DNA of 64,000 bases from Clostridia bacterium (GTDB lineage: Bacteria; Bacillota; Clostridia; UMGS1883; UMGS1540): positions 64,001 through 128,000 of the forward strand of contig JAZSIR010000001.1 in the NCBI GenBank assembly GCA_045533905.1, read 5' to 3'. A program made the translations under genes and the position numbers. This document shows, one piece after another, positions 21,183 through 30,382 of the stretch. The notes under the pieces are model-generated. The model was not told the DNA's origin. It saw only the letters and a program-made list of their open reading frames with translations, and searched no databases. Numbering within the stretch: the stretch's first letter is position 1; each line of letters starts with the position of its first letter.

Positions 21183-22184
21183 CTACATAAGTCCCATACA
21201 CCAGATGACAACGAGTGCCGTAAGCGTTACAAGCGTATCAATGGTGATTCCGTAAAACATCGGCGCAAGGCCTGCCTTCTTAAAATCGGCAATGCTTGTG
21301 CCAAGGCCGATGGCCGCCAGTGCCGTCACCATCAGAAACTTACTTGCGCTCTTCATAAGGCCTGAAAGTTCTGCAGGAATCATACCGACACTGTTTGCAA
21401 CCGCAAGCGCCAGAAAGCCGCCGATGAACCAGGGGATGATTTTCATAAGATTGACCTTTTTGCCACCGCTTTCGGCTTGGAGTTCTTTCTGCTTTATACG
21501 GGTGCCGATATAGGCAAACACCAAAACGGTGGGAATGATGGCGATTGTGCGGGTGAGCTTCACCATCGTGGCAAAATCGCCTGCGGCCTCCGAAAATGCA
21601 TAGCCGGAGGCAACCACGCTTGCCGTGTCATTTACCGATGTGCCTGCCCAGATGCCATAGGCAATATCGCTCATACCGAGAACTTTTCCCATAATCGGAT
21701 ACAGGGCAATCATCACCATATCGAAGAGAAAAGTAGAGGATAGTGCAAAGGCGATATCCTTATCGTCGGCGTCAATGACGGGGGCAATCGCCGCCACCGC
21801 AGAGCCGCCACAGATGCCTGTCCCTGCCGAAATCAAATTGCCGAGCTTCCAGTTGAGCCCGAAGAGCCTGCGGACAAAATAGCCGCCACCGAAGCACATT
21901 GCAAAGGTAAACAGCATTACGAAAAAAGTCATTTTGCCGACAGACATAATCGTACCGACAGAAAGGGATGCGCCGAGAAGGATGATGGCACCTTTCAAGA
22001 TTCTTTTAGAGGTGAATTTGAGCGCCGGCTTTATCCAGTCCGGATGGAAAAAGCTATTGAGGATCGTGCCCATAAACAGGGCAATGATGGATGCGCCAAG
22101 AAGCTCGCCCGGAATGATGCGCTCGAGCCAGATGGATAAAACTGCAACCAGCATACAGATTGCAATCCCCGAGATAACTACCAT
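21183..22184 (-). CDS. YeiH/putative sulfate exporter family membrane protein
   Basis: GTGICGGSAVAA, WAGTSVNDTASVVA, ATMVKLTR. Confidence 0.9.
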   Translation of the reverse strand: MVVISGIAICMLVAVLSIWLERIIPGELLGASIIALFMGTILNSFFHPDWIKPALKFTSKRILKGAIILLGASLSVGTIMSVGKMTFFVMLFTFAMCFGGGYFVRRLFGLNWKLGNLISAGTGICGGSAVAAIAPVIDADDKDIAFALSSTFLFDMVMIALYPIMGKVLGMSDIAYGIWAGTSVNDTASVVASGYAFSEAAGDFATMVKLTRTIAIIPTVLVFAYIGTRIKQKELQAESGGKKVNLMKIIPWFIGGFLALAVANSVGMIPAELSGLMKSASKFLMVTALAAIGLGTSIADFKKAGLAPMFYGITIDTLVTLTALVVIWCMGLM

Positions 22185-22231
22185 TGTTTTTTTTATTTTG
22201 TCTTCTCTCCTTTCAGCACCGGTATGTTAAT

Positions 22232-22426
22232 TCATATGCATATAAATCTTTTACTTCTGCATACATCATTTTTGAAAAGCTCTGCTCTTATAAACCGATA
22301 CAGTTTAGACCGCAAGCCTTGCGCCGGCGACCATAATATATATGTACCGGAATAAACGGAAATGGCATTTGCCATATCTGCCGCCAGATATACGCCTGCG
22401 GCACCGCTCCATCCGAAATAGACATC
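22232..22426 (-). pseudogene. 3' remnant of a serine hydrolase (beta-lactamase-like) gene
   Basis: Frame reads DVYFGWSGAAGVYLAADMANAISVYSG…LRSKLYRFIRAEL; the FGWSGA motif parallels that of the intact gene at 25954; no start codon, cut off at repeat site A (22427). Confidence 0.6.
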
Positions 22427-22469
22427 CTTTATATAAAGACTGTATAATCTGGATGCCGGTCTTTTTAGC
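22427..22469 (+). repeat. site A copy 1 (putative recombination site)
   Basis: 22427-22457 is identical to 24530-24560 (31 bp); 22431-22469 matches 40505-40543 at 35/39; internal AAAGAC…GTCTTT dyad. Confidence 0.85.
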
Positions 22470-22502
22470 TGCGGTTGTTACTACAACCACATTAGGTGTA
22501 AA

Positions 22503-24506
22503 CTATAGTTTGCCCAATATTTTTATTGCATAATATAACGCCCAGTCCTGATCGTTCGCAAAGCTATCATATTTATGACCTGATGCGACACCCGGTCTCA
22601 TATGTGCGTTCTCATATCCTGCTACGGAAGAATACTGCATTACCTTATACGGAACCAGATATCCGGCAGAAGCAAAACCATTTTCGAAATAAACGCAAAG
22701 ATTGTTCTTTACTACAGCCTCCGCATACTCCCTATACGCACTTTCAAATCCACACTTATATAGGAAATCATATGTTTCAGCAGACAATGCACATAGCCAT
22801 TGGGGCATAGTATCACCATAAGTTTTGCTTTTCCCAAACCAATACAAATCCCAGTAGCGAACAGCATTCATATTTACGTGATAATCAGGTTGCCTTGCAA
22901 AAAACGCATTTGATTTTTCGATGAATCCTGGTGCCATTTCAAGATATTTTTTATCACCTGAAAGCATATATGCCTGACACAAAATATTCACTTTGCCATT
23001 GAACATAAACTGCGTACATTTCACTTCTTCAGAAAAACATTTACTGCCGTCTCTTATAATTCTTTCTGCGTGAACAAGGGTATGATGTATAAGTCTTTCC
23101 CTGAGTTCATGCAAGCCTTCTGCCTGAAGTAATTCGCATATTTCGTATGTTCTTATGCATGGGGATTCCTGCTCTCCTCCCCGTACCTTTTCATAATACG
23201 AAACCATAGTACGCGCAGAAATTTCAAGACATTCCTTTTCTTTTGTAAGCAAATACCATTCAAGATAATACACAGCCATCCACGGATAATTATATGCACG
23301 CTTCCATTTATCATCGCGATTTACGCCGTTGTATACGGTTGCAGTGTCTTTATCAAAAATTTCCCTTTCAATGAACCTTCGGTGTTTAATCAAGGATTTC
23401 ATCATAGTTTCATCGTATCTTTTTTGCAAAGCCTGTGCCACTACAACCCCCATTGACAATCTTTCACGGCACGCATTGTTGTCCTGAAAACACTCATCAT
23501 AATATAGCTTGTCTGTGTCTCTGTCATAAATAAGGTATGCACCGTCAAGACAACTCCCCGATCTGTGATATTGTTGTTTTGTTGTGATAAACTCAGCTCT
23601 TTTTATAACAATTTCATCAAGCGGTAATAATATATTTATTTTTAACCATAATAATTTACCATTTACCGACAAATAAATCGTTCTTTCTCCAGGAGTCTTG
23701 AAGGAATGTGTCCATTTTGCTTTGTTTCCGAATTTAGTGTACTTTATTTCTTTATCTTCACATACAATTTTCAAATCATCCCAACAATCAAGACTATCAA
23801 ACTCGCATTCAACAGCTTCGTCTATAAAAGCACTGTATTTATTTGCAATTATTTTCATCCTGGAAAACTCATTCAATATTCCCTCGTCCGGAGCTATATT
23901 GTCGAAACGAAATACAAATGACAAAGTTATACTTTCTCCCGGTGCAACTACAATATCACCCGGATGCAACACTATATCACCACGGTAACTCGCGCCTACC
24001 TTTACGCGGCTCACATCGTAGCTGATGCTGTAATCAGCTATTCCTCCTTTGACTATGTTACATACAAGGTAAGGTTTTATACCGCTCGGTTTCGCTGAAT
24101 ACATCCACGCGCCATCTCCACCACACCAGACGTGTGTTATGCACGAATTATTATGCAAATTGGTTTTGTTCTCAAATGTACAGTTATAAGGAAAGTGTAT
24201 TCCCAGATTATCTTTTGTAAAAAAGTATTCAGAGCAATTATTATTTGTTATGCAGTAGCACTCTGTATATATCCCGTTTTTTACTCTTTTATTAACACAT
24301 AATTCGAGCGATTGATTTTCCGAATACACATCAATACCATCTTCTGCATTCATTACCCGATAATTCTCAAAGCCGATAACCTTTCCCCAATCTGAATTTT
24401 CTAAAATCCAGTTAAATCCATATTCATCATCCGGATTATATATCGCTGTGGTATAGCCATTAACTTCATCGAATGCAACACAAATTTTACCATCATTATA
24501 CTTCAT
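22503..24506 (-). CDS. uncharacterised six-hairpin-glycosidase-like protein
   Basis: 667 aa; RERLSMG, RAYNYPW, RYWDLYWFGK…GDTMP and ANDQDWAL motifs resemble an (alpha/alpha)6 glycosidase-like family. Confidence 0.6.
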   Translation of the reverse strand: MKYNDGKICVAFDEVNGYTTAIYNPDDEYGFNWILENSDWGKVIGFENYRVMNAEDGIDVYSENQSLELCVNKRVKNGIYTECYCITNNNCSEYFFTKDNLGIHFPYNCTFENKTNLHNNSCITHVWCGGDGAWMYSAKPSGIKPYLVCNIVKGGIADYSISYDVSRVKVGASYRGDIVLHPGDIVVAPGESITLSFVFRFDNIAPDEGILNEFSRMKIIANKYSAFIDEAVECEFDSLDCWDDLKIVCEDKEIKYTKFGNKAKWTHSFKTPGERTIYLSVNGKLLWLKINILLPLDEIVIKRAEFITTKQQYHRSGSCLDGAYLIYDRDTDKLYYDECFQDNNACRERLSMGVVVAQALQKRYDETMMKSLIKHRRFIEREIFDKDTATVYNGVNRDDKWKRAYNYPWMAVYYLEWYLLTKEKECLEISARTMVSYYEKVRGGEQESPCIRTYEICELLQAEGLHELRERLIHHTLVHAERIIRDGSKCFSEEVKCTQFMFNGKVNILCQAYMLSGDKKYLEMAPGFIEKSNAFFARQPDYHVNMNAVRYWDLYWFGKSKTYGDTMPQWLCALSAETYDFLYKCGFESAYREYAEAVVKNNLCVYFENGFASAGYLVPYKVMQYSSVAGYENAHMRPGVASGHKYDSFANDQDWALYYAIKILGKL

Positions 24507-24529
24507 ATCTATACACTCCTTTTGAAATT

Positions 24530-24560
24530 CTTTATATAAAGACTGTATAATCTGGATGCC
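24530..24560 (+). repeat. site A copy 2
   Basis: ctttatataaagactgtataatctggatgcc, identical to 22427-22457. Confidence 0.9.
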
Positions 24561-24573
24561 ACTTTTTATGTTT

Positions 24574-24600
24574 ATTGCGACACATAAGGTTTAGATGCAA
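24574..24600 (+). repeat. site B copy 1
   Basis: attgcgacacataaggtttagatgcaa; 25/27 identical to 25102-25128 and to 25146-25172. Confidence 0.85.
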
Positions 24601-24619
24601 CTTTTCAAAGGCTCCCTTG

Positions 24620-24669
24620 AGGCTCCCTTGTGTAAAGGGAGCTGTCAGCGAAGCTGACTGAGGGATTGT
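24620..24669. repeat. REP-like double hairpin, left of DUF559
   Basis: gctccctt-gtgt-aaagggagc and gtcagc-gaa-gctgac stems; inverted homolog at 25016-25069. Confidence 0.7.
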
Positions 24670-25013
24670 TTCACTACATTATCTATAAACATACAAACTC
24701 CATCAAAGTTTTTCAAAACATCAAGATTTGATATTCGGATAACTTTTATCCCATATTGTTCTAAATAAGCAGTTCTTTTTTCATCATTGAAAAGCCCGTC
24801 ATCTTCGTAGTGTTGCGAACCATCTAACTCTATAACAACATTTGCTTTTGCGCAATAGAAGTCTGCTATATATTTACCTAACACCTTTTGCCTTGTAAAC
24901 TTTATAGGATAACTTCTTAAAAAATCATACCAAAGATGTCTTTCTTCTTTAGTCATATTTTTTCTAAGTTCCTTTGCAAATGGAACTATTTTATTATTAT
25001 GTTTTCTATCCAT
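24645..25013 (-). CDS. DUF559 / Vsr-like endonuclease domain protein
   Basis: AKELRKNMTKEERHLW, FTRQ…YIADFYC…IELDGSQH, DEKRT…GIKVIRISN. Confidence 0.92.
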   Translation of the reverse strand: MDRKHNNKIVPFAKELRKNMTKEERHLWYDFLRSYPIKFTRQKVLGKYIADFYCAKANVVIELDGSQHYEDDGLFNDEKRTAYLEQYGIKVIRISNLDVLKNFDGVCMFIDNVVKQSLSQLR

Positions 25014-25015
25014 TT

Positions 25016-25069
25016 ACAACCCCTCCGAGTTTGCTTCGCAAACTCACCTCCCCTTGCACAGGGGAGGCT
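25016..25069. repeat. REP-like double hairpin, right of DUF559
   Basis: gagtttgc-ttc-gcaaactc and cctcccct-tgcac-aggggagg stems. Confidence 0.7.
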
Positions 25070-25077
25070 TTTTCCTT

Positions 25078-25094
25078 TTCGTCATATTTCGACA
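25078..25094 (-). promoter_or_regulatory. tandem Spo0A (0A)-box-like motifs
   Basis: TGTCGAA-ata-TGACGAA on the minus strand, 10-bp period. Confidence 0.5.
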
Positions 25095-25101
25095 TCTTTA
25101 C

Positions 25102-25172
25102 ATTGCGAGGCATAAGGTTTAGATGCAAGTCTTTTTAGCATAGCGAATGCGACATATAAGGTTTAGATGCAA
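25102..25172 (+). repeat. site B copies 2 and 3 (tandem)
   Basis: attgcgaggcataaggtttagatgcaa (25102-25128) and aatgcgacatataaggtttagatgcaa (25146-25172); copy 2 continues gtctttttagc, as site A does. Confidence 0.85.
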
Positions 25173-25219
25173 ACCTTTTTGGTGGCTGTTAATATCAAGA
25201 CATATAAATAAATTGGAAT

Positions 25220-25870
25220 TTACTTAACTGCCTTTAGCGTATAAGTTGCTCCCCAATGGTTCAAAACTTCGACCGCAGAAAACCCTGCTTCAAGTAATGC
25301 TTCCGTTTCATGCTTTACGGTAAGAGGTGTATCGTAATGATAGAATTCATCATCACAAATACCTTGTTCTGCTTTCAATGCTGACAAATTCCGTCTGTGC
25401 ATCTGTTCTTCTTCATCGGATAATGAAAAATAATCCGTAAGGATAAAACATCCCTTATCCTTTATTGCCGTATGTAGTTTAGAGTATAACGCAATCTTTG
25501 CTTCTTTTCTGAAATGATGCAGACTCTCCACCGATACCGCTGCATCGAATACGTTCTCGCCCAAAGGCACATTAAAATACGAGCCGAGTATCAAGGTTAT
25601 ATCCTTGCCCACGAATTTACGCTTGAGTTCGGCTAACATTCCTTGCGAGAGGTCAATTCCTGTAACCTTTGCTAACGGATTCTGCGTATAGTATTCTTGA
25701 AGTTCTAATCCCGTGCCACAGCCCAAATCAAGCACGTGGCAGTTTTCAGTGGTCGGCAATTGTTTTGCTGTAAAGGGATAGAATTCGTTTGCGGATTCGA
25801 TGTTGGTCATCATATGCTCATCGTATCCATCAAGTCTTGCTTCAAAAAAATCGCTCATTTTTTCAAGCAT
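25220..25870 (-). CDS. class I SAM-dependent methyltransferase
   Basis: VLDLGCGTG, GIDLSQGML, FDAAVSVESLHH. Confidence 0.92.
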   Translation of the reverse strand: MLEKMSDFFEARLDGYDEHMMTNIESANEFYPFTAKQLPTTENCHVLDLGCGTGLELQEYYTQNPLAKVTGIDLSQGMLAELKRKFVGKDITLILGSYFNVPLGENVFDAAVSVESLHHFRKEAKIALYSKLHTAIKDKGCFILTDYFSLSDEEEQMHRRNLSALKAEQGICDDEFYHYDTPLTVKHETEALLEAGFSAVEVLNHWGATYTLKAVK

Positions 25871-25901
25871 ACATAACCTCCTACAAATTCTTATTTATCT
25901 G

Positions 25902-25918
25902 TTCGACATTTTTCGACA
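25902..25918 (-). promoter_or_regulatory. tandem Spo0A (0A)-box-like motifs
   Basis: TGTCGAA-aaa-TGTCGAA on the minus strand upstream of the methyltransferase. Confidence 0.55.
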
Positions 25919-25953
25919 TATCAATAATACTTGCGTTAAGTTAATGGCAAAAA

Positions 25954-27078
25954 TCAATATATCATTGCATTAAATACAGCCTCTTCAAATCGACGTGCTG
26001 AACTATTTCCTGCTCCTCCATCAAATCTGGAGTTTTTCATAAATACTGCGCAAATATCATTTTTAGGATCTACCCAAAAGTGAGATCCATAAGCTCCACT
26101 CCACCCAAAACTTCCAACAGATAAATGCGGATATTCCTCATCCGTGATAACACGCACACCTAACCCCCATTTTTGATAGCCCGGCATAATTTTTTCCGAC
26201 ACATAGGCTTTTGAAAGCTTGTTGATTGCCTGTTCAGATACAATTCGATTATTGTTTATTTCCCCTTTATTTAAAAGCATTTGTGCAAAGTTTGAATAAT
26301 CATCTAGTGTGGACACCAATCCGGCACCTGCAAGCCTGTGTTCACAAGGAAATCTTTCAAACACACACCCGGAATAAGTTATACCAATATCATTTTTTTC
26401 ATCAACTTTGTTATGCATCATCATAAGCTGTTTCCATTGTTTTTCCGTTGGTGAAAAAGTTGTGTTTAACATATTGCACGGAACAAAAATTTCATTTTTC
26501 AAAAAAGTTTCATAGTCTTGTTTTGTTACATATTCAACAATCGCCGCAAGCACATCAAAAGCGGCAAACGCACTATATGCTTGCTTTGTAAATGGTTCAA
26601 AATCCAGTCCTGCGTTTATATAACACTTTACTGTATTTGAAATAGTTTCCCTATCATCCTCAGACATAGCAATAATCTTATCACTACCAAATCCGGATGT
26701 ATGTGTCAAGCAATGTAAAATTGTTACCGGTGTTTTTGTTTTTCCTAAATCTGCGCCATCGGAAGTTATAACATGTATATCTTCAAATTCAGGGATATAT
26801 TTACTAACAGGTTCATCAAGAGAAATCAATCCTCTATCAACCAAAATCAGTATTGCCACTGCTGTTATTGGTTTTGTCATCGAAGCAAGACGATATATCG
26901 TGGTGTCATCCACCTGTTCTTTACCATCAATGCTTGTATGCCCAAAATGTTTCTTCAATACCACTTCGCCATTCTGATATACAAAATAAGATGATCCAAA
27001 CAAATTATTGTTTGTTAAATCAAATGTTGCAATTTTCTCAACATTGTGTTTGAGTTTTTCTTTGTTCAACAGTCTCAT
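25954..27078 (-). CDS. serine hydrolase, beta-lactamase/esterase family
   Basis: SxxK motif (LASMTKP), LTHTSG, FGWSGAYG. Confidence 0.9.
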   Translation of the reverse strand: MRLLNKEKLKHNVEKIATFDLTNNNLFGSSYFVYQNGEVVLKKHFGHTSIDGKEQVDDTTIYRLASMTKPITAVAILILVDRGLISLDEPVSKYIPEFEDIHVITSDGADLGKTKTPVTILHCLTHTSGFGSDKIIAMSEDDRETISNTVKCYINAGLDFEPFTKQAYSAFAAFDVLAAIVEYVTKQDYETFLKNEIFVPCNMLNTTFSPTEKQWKQLMMMHNKVDEKNDIGITYSGCVFERFPCEHRLAGAGLVSTLDDYSNFAQMLLNKGEINNNRIVSEQAINKLSKAYVSEKIMPGYQKWGLGVRVITDEEYPHLSVGSFGWSGAYGSHFWVDPKNDICAVFMKNSRFDGGAGNSSARRFEEAVFNAMIY

Positions 27079-27181
27079 GTTTTGTTTCTCCTTTTATTTA
27101 CTAAAAAATGTTGTTAATAGTTCATATAAACTTATGTCTAAAAAATGTATAAACAAATTTTAAGTTATCTCCGGACATCTA

Positions 27182-28030
27182 TCAATACAGCCCCACATCC
27201 ACAAAAACCGGCGAATGATCAGACAAAGGTAGGTAATAATCCGGGGTATACCGTTCAAAACGATGCACAAAACCTGCCGGTGAAAATTTCACCATAATAT
27301 GATCTATTCCTTTTTCAAACGGTGCTCTCACATAAGGCTTGTAGCCATCGCCAAAACAATAGTGGTAGCCCCAATCCTGGTCAGCAAAATCCGTGGCAAT
27401 ATCGTGGGCGTGTGCATAACCTCTGCTTAGCGCATTTTGAATTACAGAGCTTGTGTATCTTGCGTTAAAATCGCCCACCAAAACCACAGGACAGTTGTAT
27501 ATGTTATGAAATTTCTCCAGACGGTCCATTGCCATGTTCAGTTGGTAAACTCTCGCCTCATCAGAACCTGCCTGATAGTTTTTTGAATCAGAACTACCAC
27601 TCATCCACCAAAGATGGGTAGTCATAAAAACAAGCTTTTTCCCGTCTGTTTTATCTTGAAACACAGCACAGCACCATGATTTTGTTCCGTTGTTGTTGAA
27701 TTCGCCATCCCAGCCCGGAACTTCCGTAGGGTACATCAAAAAATCAGAATCCAACAGCTCCAGTCGCTCCTGACGATACAGTACCGGAGTATCTTTACCC
27801 CACAGCAAGGCATAACAATACCCCTGCTCCAACAGCCCCTGAATAATATGATCAGACATAACATGTGACATTTCTTGGAAACCAATGATGTCGGGCTGTG
27901 TATCAGCATAAACCCGTACCATCCCCTTTGCCCTTGCAATCGCAGAACAATCTTCTCCTTTTATTTCCCATGCAGGGAGATTGTTGTCACACTTCCAAAC
28001 ATTGTGACTCATAATACGCAACTTCCCCAT
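27182..28030 (-). CDS. endonuclease/exonuclease/phosphatase (EEP) family protein
   Basis: IMSHNV, PDIIGFQE, VLVGDFN, IDHI, LSDHSPV. Confidence 0.9.
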   Translation of the reverse strand: MGKLRIMSHNVWKCDNNLPAWEIKGEDCSAIARAKGMVRVYADTQPDIIGFQEMSHVMSDHIIQGLLEQGYCYALLWGKDTPVLYRQERLELLDSDFLMYPTEVPGWDGEFNNNGTKSWCCAVFQDKTDGKKLVFMTTHLWWMSGSSDSKNYQAGSDEARVYQLNMAMDRLEKFHNIYNCPVVLVGDFNARYTSSVIQNALSRGYAHAHDIATDFADQDWGYHYCFGDGYKPYVRAPFEKGIDHIMVKFSPAGFVHRFERYTPDYYLPLSDHSPVFVDVGLY

Positions 28031-28110
28031 AAAAATTCCTCCAATAATTTTTTGATATGTGTAAAAAAACACTTTGACTTTCAATATATTTTGATATATT
28101 CACTCTATAA

Positions 28111-28124
28111 ACTCGTGTTAAGTC
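28111..28124 (+). repeat. site D (ACTCGTGTCAAGTC family)
   Basis: actcgtgttaagtc, 13/14 match to 61993-62006. Confidence 0.6.
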
Positions 28125-28258
28125 AAAAGCGAAAAACATTACCGTTCTGCATCTTCATTAAGTGTTTCAATATAAAAACTTGTCCTTCTTTCAAATCTCA
28201 CGTATGCTCAATCGGATTTTCGTATATAATTCGTGGCCGATTCAGTTGCGGGCACTTC

Positions 28259-30283
28259 TCAGCTAATAACAGCTTTTTTCAAAACAACAACTCCATAAGG
28301 TTTTATCATTTCTTCTTCGAAATTGCCGCTTATAATTTCATAACCGGCTGGCAAATTCACCTTCTTTTCCTCATTATTGAAATTCATAATAAAAATGTAA
28401 TTATTGTTTGAGGAATAGCGCATTGTTACGCTTACATTTTCAGGCGTTTCGAAAACCTTATCAGCTGATATAATGTCCTTAAGCCATTCTTTATACAATT
28501 TTATATACCCATCAGTCATTAAATCCGTAGCTATGTAATATGCCTTACCTTTGCCATATTCATTTACTGTTACGGCAGGCATATCTTTATAAAAATCTTC
28601 ACAGTATTTTCCTATTACCGTCGCTCCTTCGAGGTATGCAAGCTCGCAATATTTCTCACTTCGGTATGACGTACCAAACATTTTGACAAAATTATACTGA
28701 CCGTCATACAGCGAATCCGTTTCCTCCGTCTTTACACCAAGTAATTTTCGCAAAGGATAACACTCTTTATCAAAAAAGCTCAGACCATATTCATCCACAA
28801 CGCCTGTTCCGAAAGTGGTTACAAAAATCCCGCCGTTTTTTACATAATCCTCGATTTTTTCTTTCAGACCATTTTTTAACATAAAAAGCATCGGTGCAAT
28901 GACAACTTTATATTTCGAGAAATCGTCATTTTCAAAAACAAAATCACAGCCTATATTAAGCTGCCACAATGCTCCGTAGTTTTTCATAAGAGTATCTGAA
29001 TATCCTTTATCCTCGTCTATATTTCTGTATGCCTGCGAAATTCTCAAACTCCAGAAACTGTCGTAATCGAACAGAATCGCCACTTCATTTCGTGTAAGTG
29101 AACTTGCAATTTCTCCAATGTTTTTGAGCTCTTCTCCCACCTCTGCAACTTCTCTGAATACTCTCGTATCCTCACTGTTATCATGCCCGACAACAGCACC
29201 GTGGAACTGCTCGGACTGGCCTCTGCTTTTTCTCCACTGGAAATACTGAACGGTATTGCTGCCATGAGCAACCGCCTGCATCGATGCCAAAAGGTGCATG
29301 CCCGGGCGTCTTAACCTTGAAACCGCCTGCCAGTTTGTTGCAGAAGGTGAGCTTTCCATCAACATAAACGGCTTATCCTTTTTAAATGAGTTGAACAGCG
29401 AATGAAACAATGCAGTTTCAGCTGCCTCTTTGTATTCGTTATCACTTGAATGCCATGCCGGGTAATTATCCCAAGATATAACATCTATGCTTTTTGAAAG
29501 CTTGGCATAGTCAATTTCCCAGAATCTCATAAAATTCGTCGTAACGGGAATATCCGGATTTATTCTCTTTACTGCAGCTGCTTCGCAGTCAAGAAAATCC
29601 TGCAGCATAGAATTTTTAAACCTGACCCACTCCAGTTTAAGAGGATTGGAAGAATTTTCTCCGTGTTGCCCCGGAGGCTCAATCTGCGAAAAGCTCTGAT
29701 ATGTATGCGACCAAAACCCATTCCACCATTTTTCATTAAGGCTATCTATGGTTTTATACTTATTTTCAAGCCATTTTCTGAAATTTTCACAGCACAACGG
29801 GCAATGGCAATCCCGTACATTATATTCATTGGAAATATGCCACATCAAAATACCCGGATGATTTGAATATCTTTCAGCAAGCTTTGTGTTGATTATTCTC
29901 ACTTTTTCTCTGTATACAGGCGATGAATAGCAGTTGTTGTGACGGTTTCCGAATCTGTCTCTTATTCCGTCCTCCTGCACACGTTTTACTTCCGGATATT
30001 TTTCAGCCATCCATGCAGGCATTGCACCGGACGGTGTCGCAAGTATTGTATATATACCGTTTTCATAAAGAGTATCTATAATTTTATCAAGCCATTCGAA
30101 TTCAAAAACGCCTTCCTTCGGCTCAAGCCTGGACCATGCAAAAATCCCTACCGACATAACATTACAGCCGGACTTTTTCATCAGCTCAATATCCTTTTCA
30201 AGAACTTCAGGATAACTGAGCCATTGGTCAGGGTTATAATCACAACCGTGCCATATACCTCTTAATTTTTGATTAATGTTCAT
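28259..30283 (-). CDS. beta-galactosidase, GH42
   Basis: GCDYNPDQW, GIFAWSRLEP, WHISNEY, LMESSP, YFQWRKSRG…EQFHGAV. Confidence 0.93.
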   Translation of the reverse strand: MNINQKLRGIWHGCDYNPDQWLSYPEVLEKDIELMKKSGCNVMSVGIFAWSRLEPKEGVFEFEWLDKIIDTLYENGIYTILATPSGAMPAWMAEKYPEVKRVQEDGIRDRFGNRHNNCYSSPVYREKVRIINTKLAERYSNHPGILMWHISNEYNVRDCHCPLCCENFRKWLENKYKTIDSLNEKWWNGFWSHTYQSFSQIEPPGQHGENSSNPLKLEWVRFKNSMLQDFLDCEAAAVKRINPDIPVTTNFMRFWEIDYAKLSKSIDVISWDNYPAWHSSDNEYKEAAETALFHSLFNSFKKDKPFMLMESSPSATNWQAVSRLRRPGMHLLASMQAVAHGSNTVQYFQWRKSRGQSEQFHGAVVGHDNSEDTRVFREVAEVGEELKNIGEIASSLTRNEVAILFDYDSFWSLRISQAYRNIDEDKGYSDTLMKNYGALWQLNIGCDFVFENDDFSKYKVVIAPMLFMLKNGLKEKIEDYVKNGGIFVTTFGTGVVDEYGLSFFDKECYPLRKLLGVKTEETDSLYDGQYNFVKMFGTSYRSEKYCELAYLEGATVIGKYCEDFYKDMPAVTVNEYGKGKAYYIATDLMTDGYIKLYKEWLKDIISADKVFETPENVSVTMRYSSNNNYIFIMNFNNEEKKVNLPAGYEIISGNFEEEMIKPYGVVVLKKAVIS

Positions 30284-30368
30284 AAGTAGCACCTCATCCT
30301 ATTATTTATAAATATGTTTTATGTAATTAAGCGACAACTACGTCACCATAAATTCTCGTTGCCGTAAG

Positions 30369-30382
30369 TCTCTTATCAAGTC
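30369..30382 (+). repeat. site D, degenerate, at the right edge of island 1
   Basis: tctcttatcaagtc, 11/14 match. Confidence 0.45.

Noticed and set aside
24530-25172. A/B repeats as a CRISPR array
   Set aside because: Spacing is irregular with whole genes between copies, there are few copies, and no cas genes are present.
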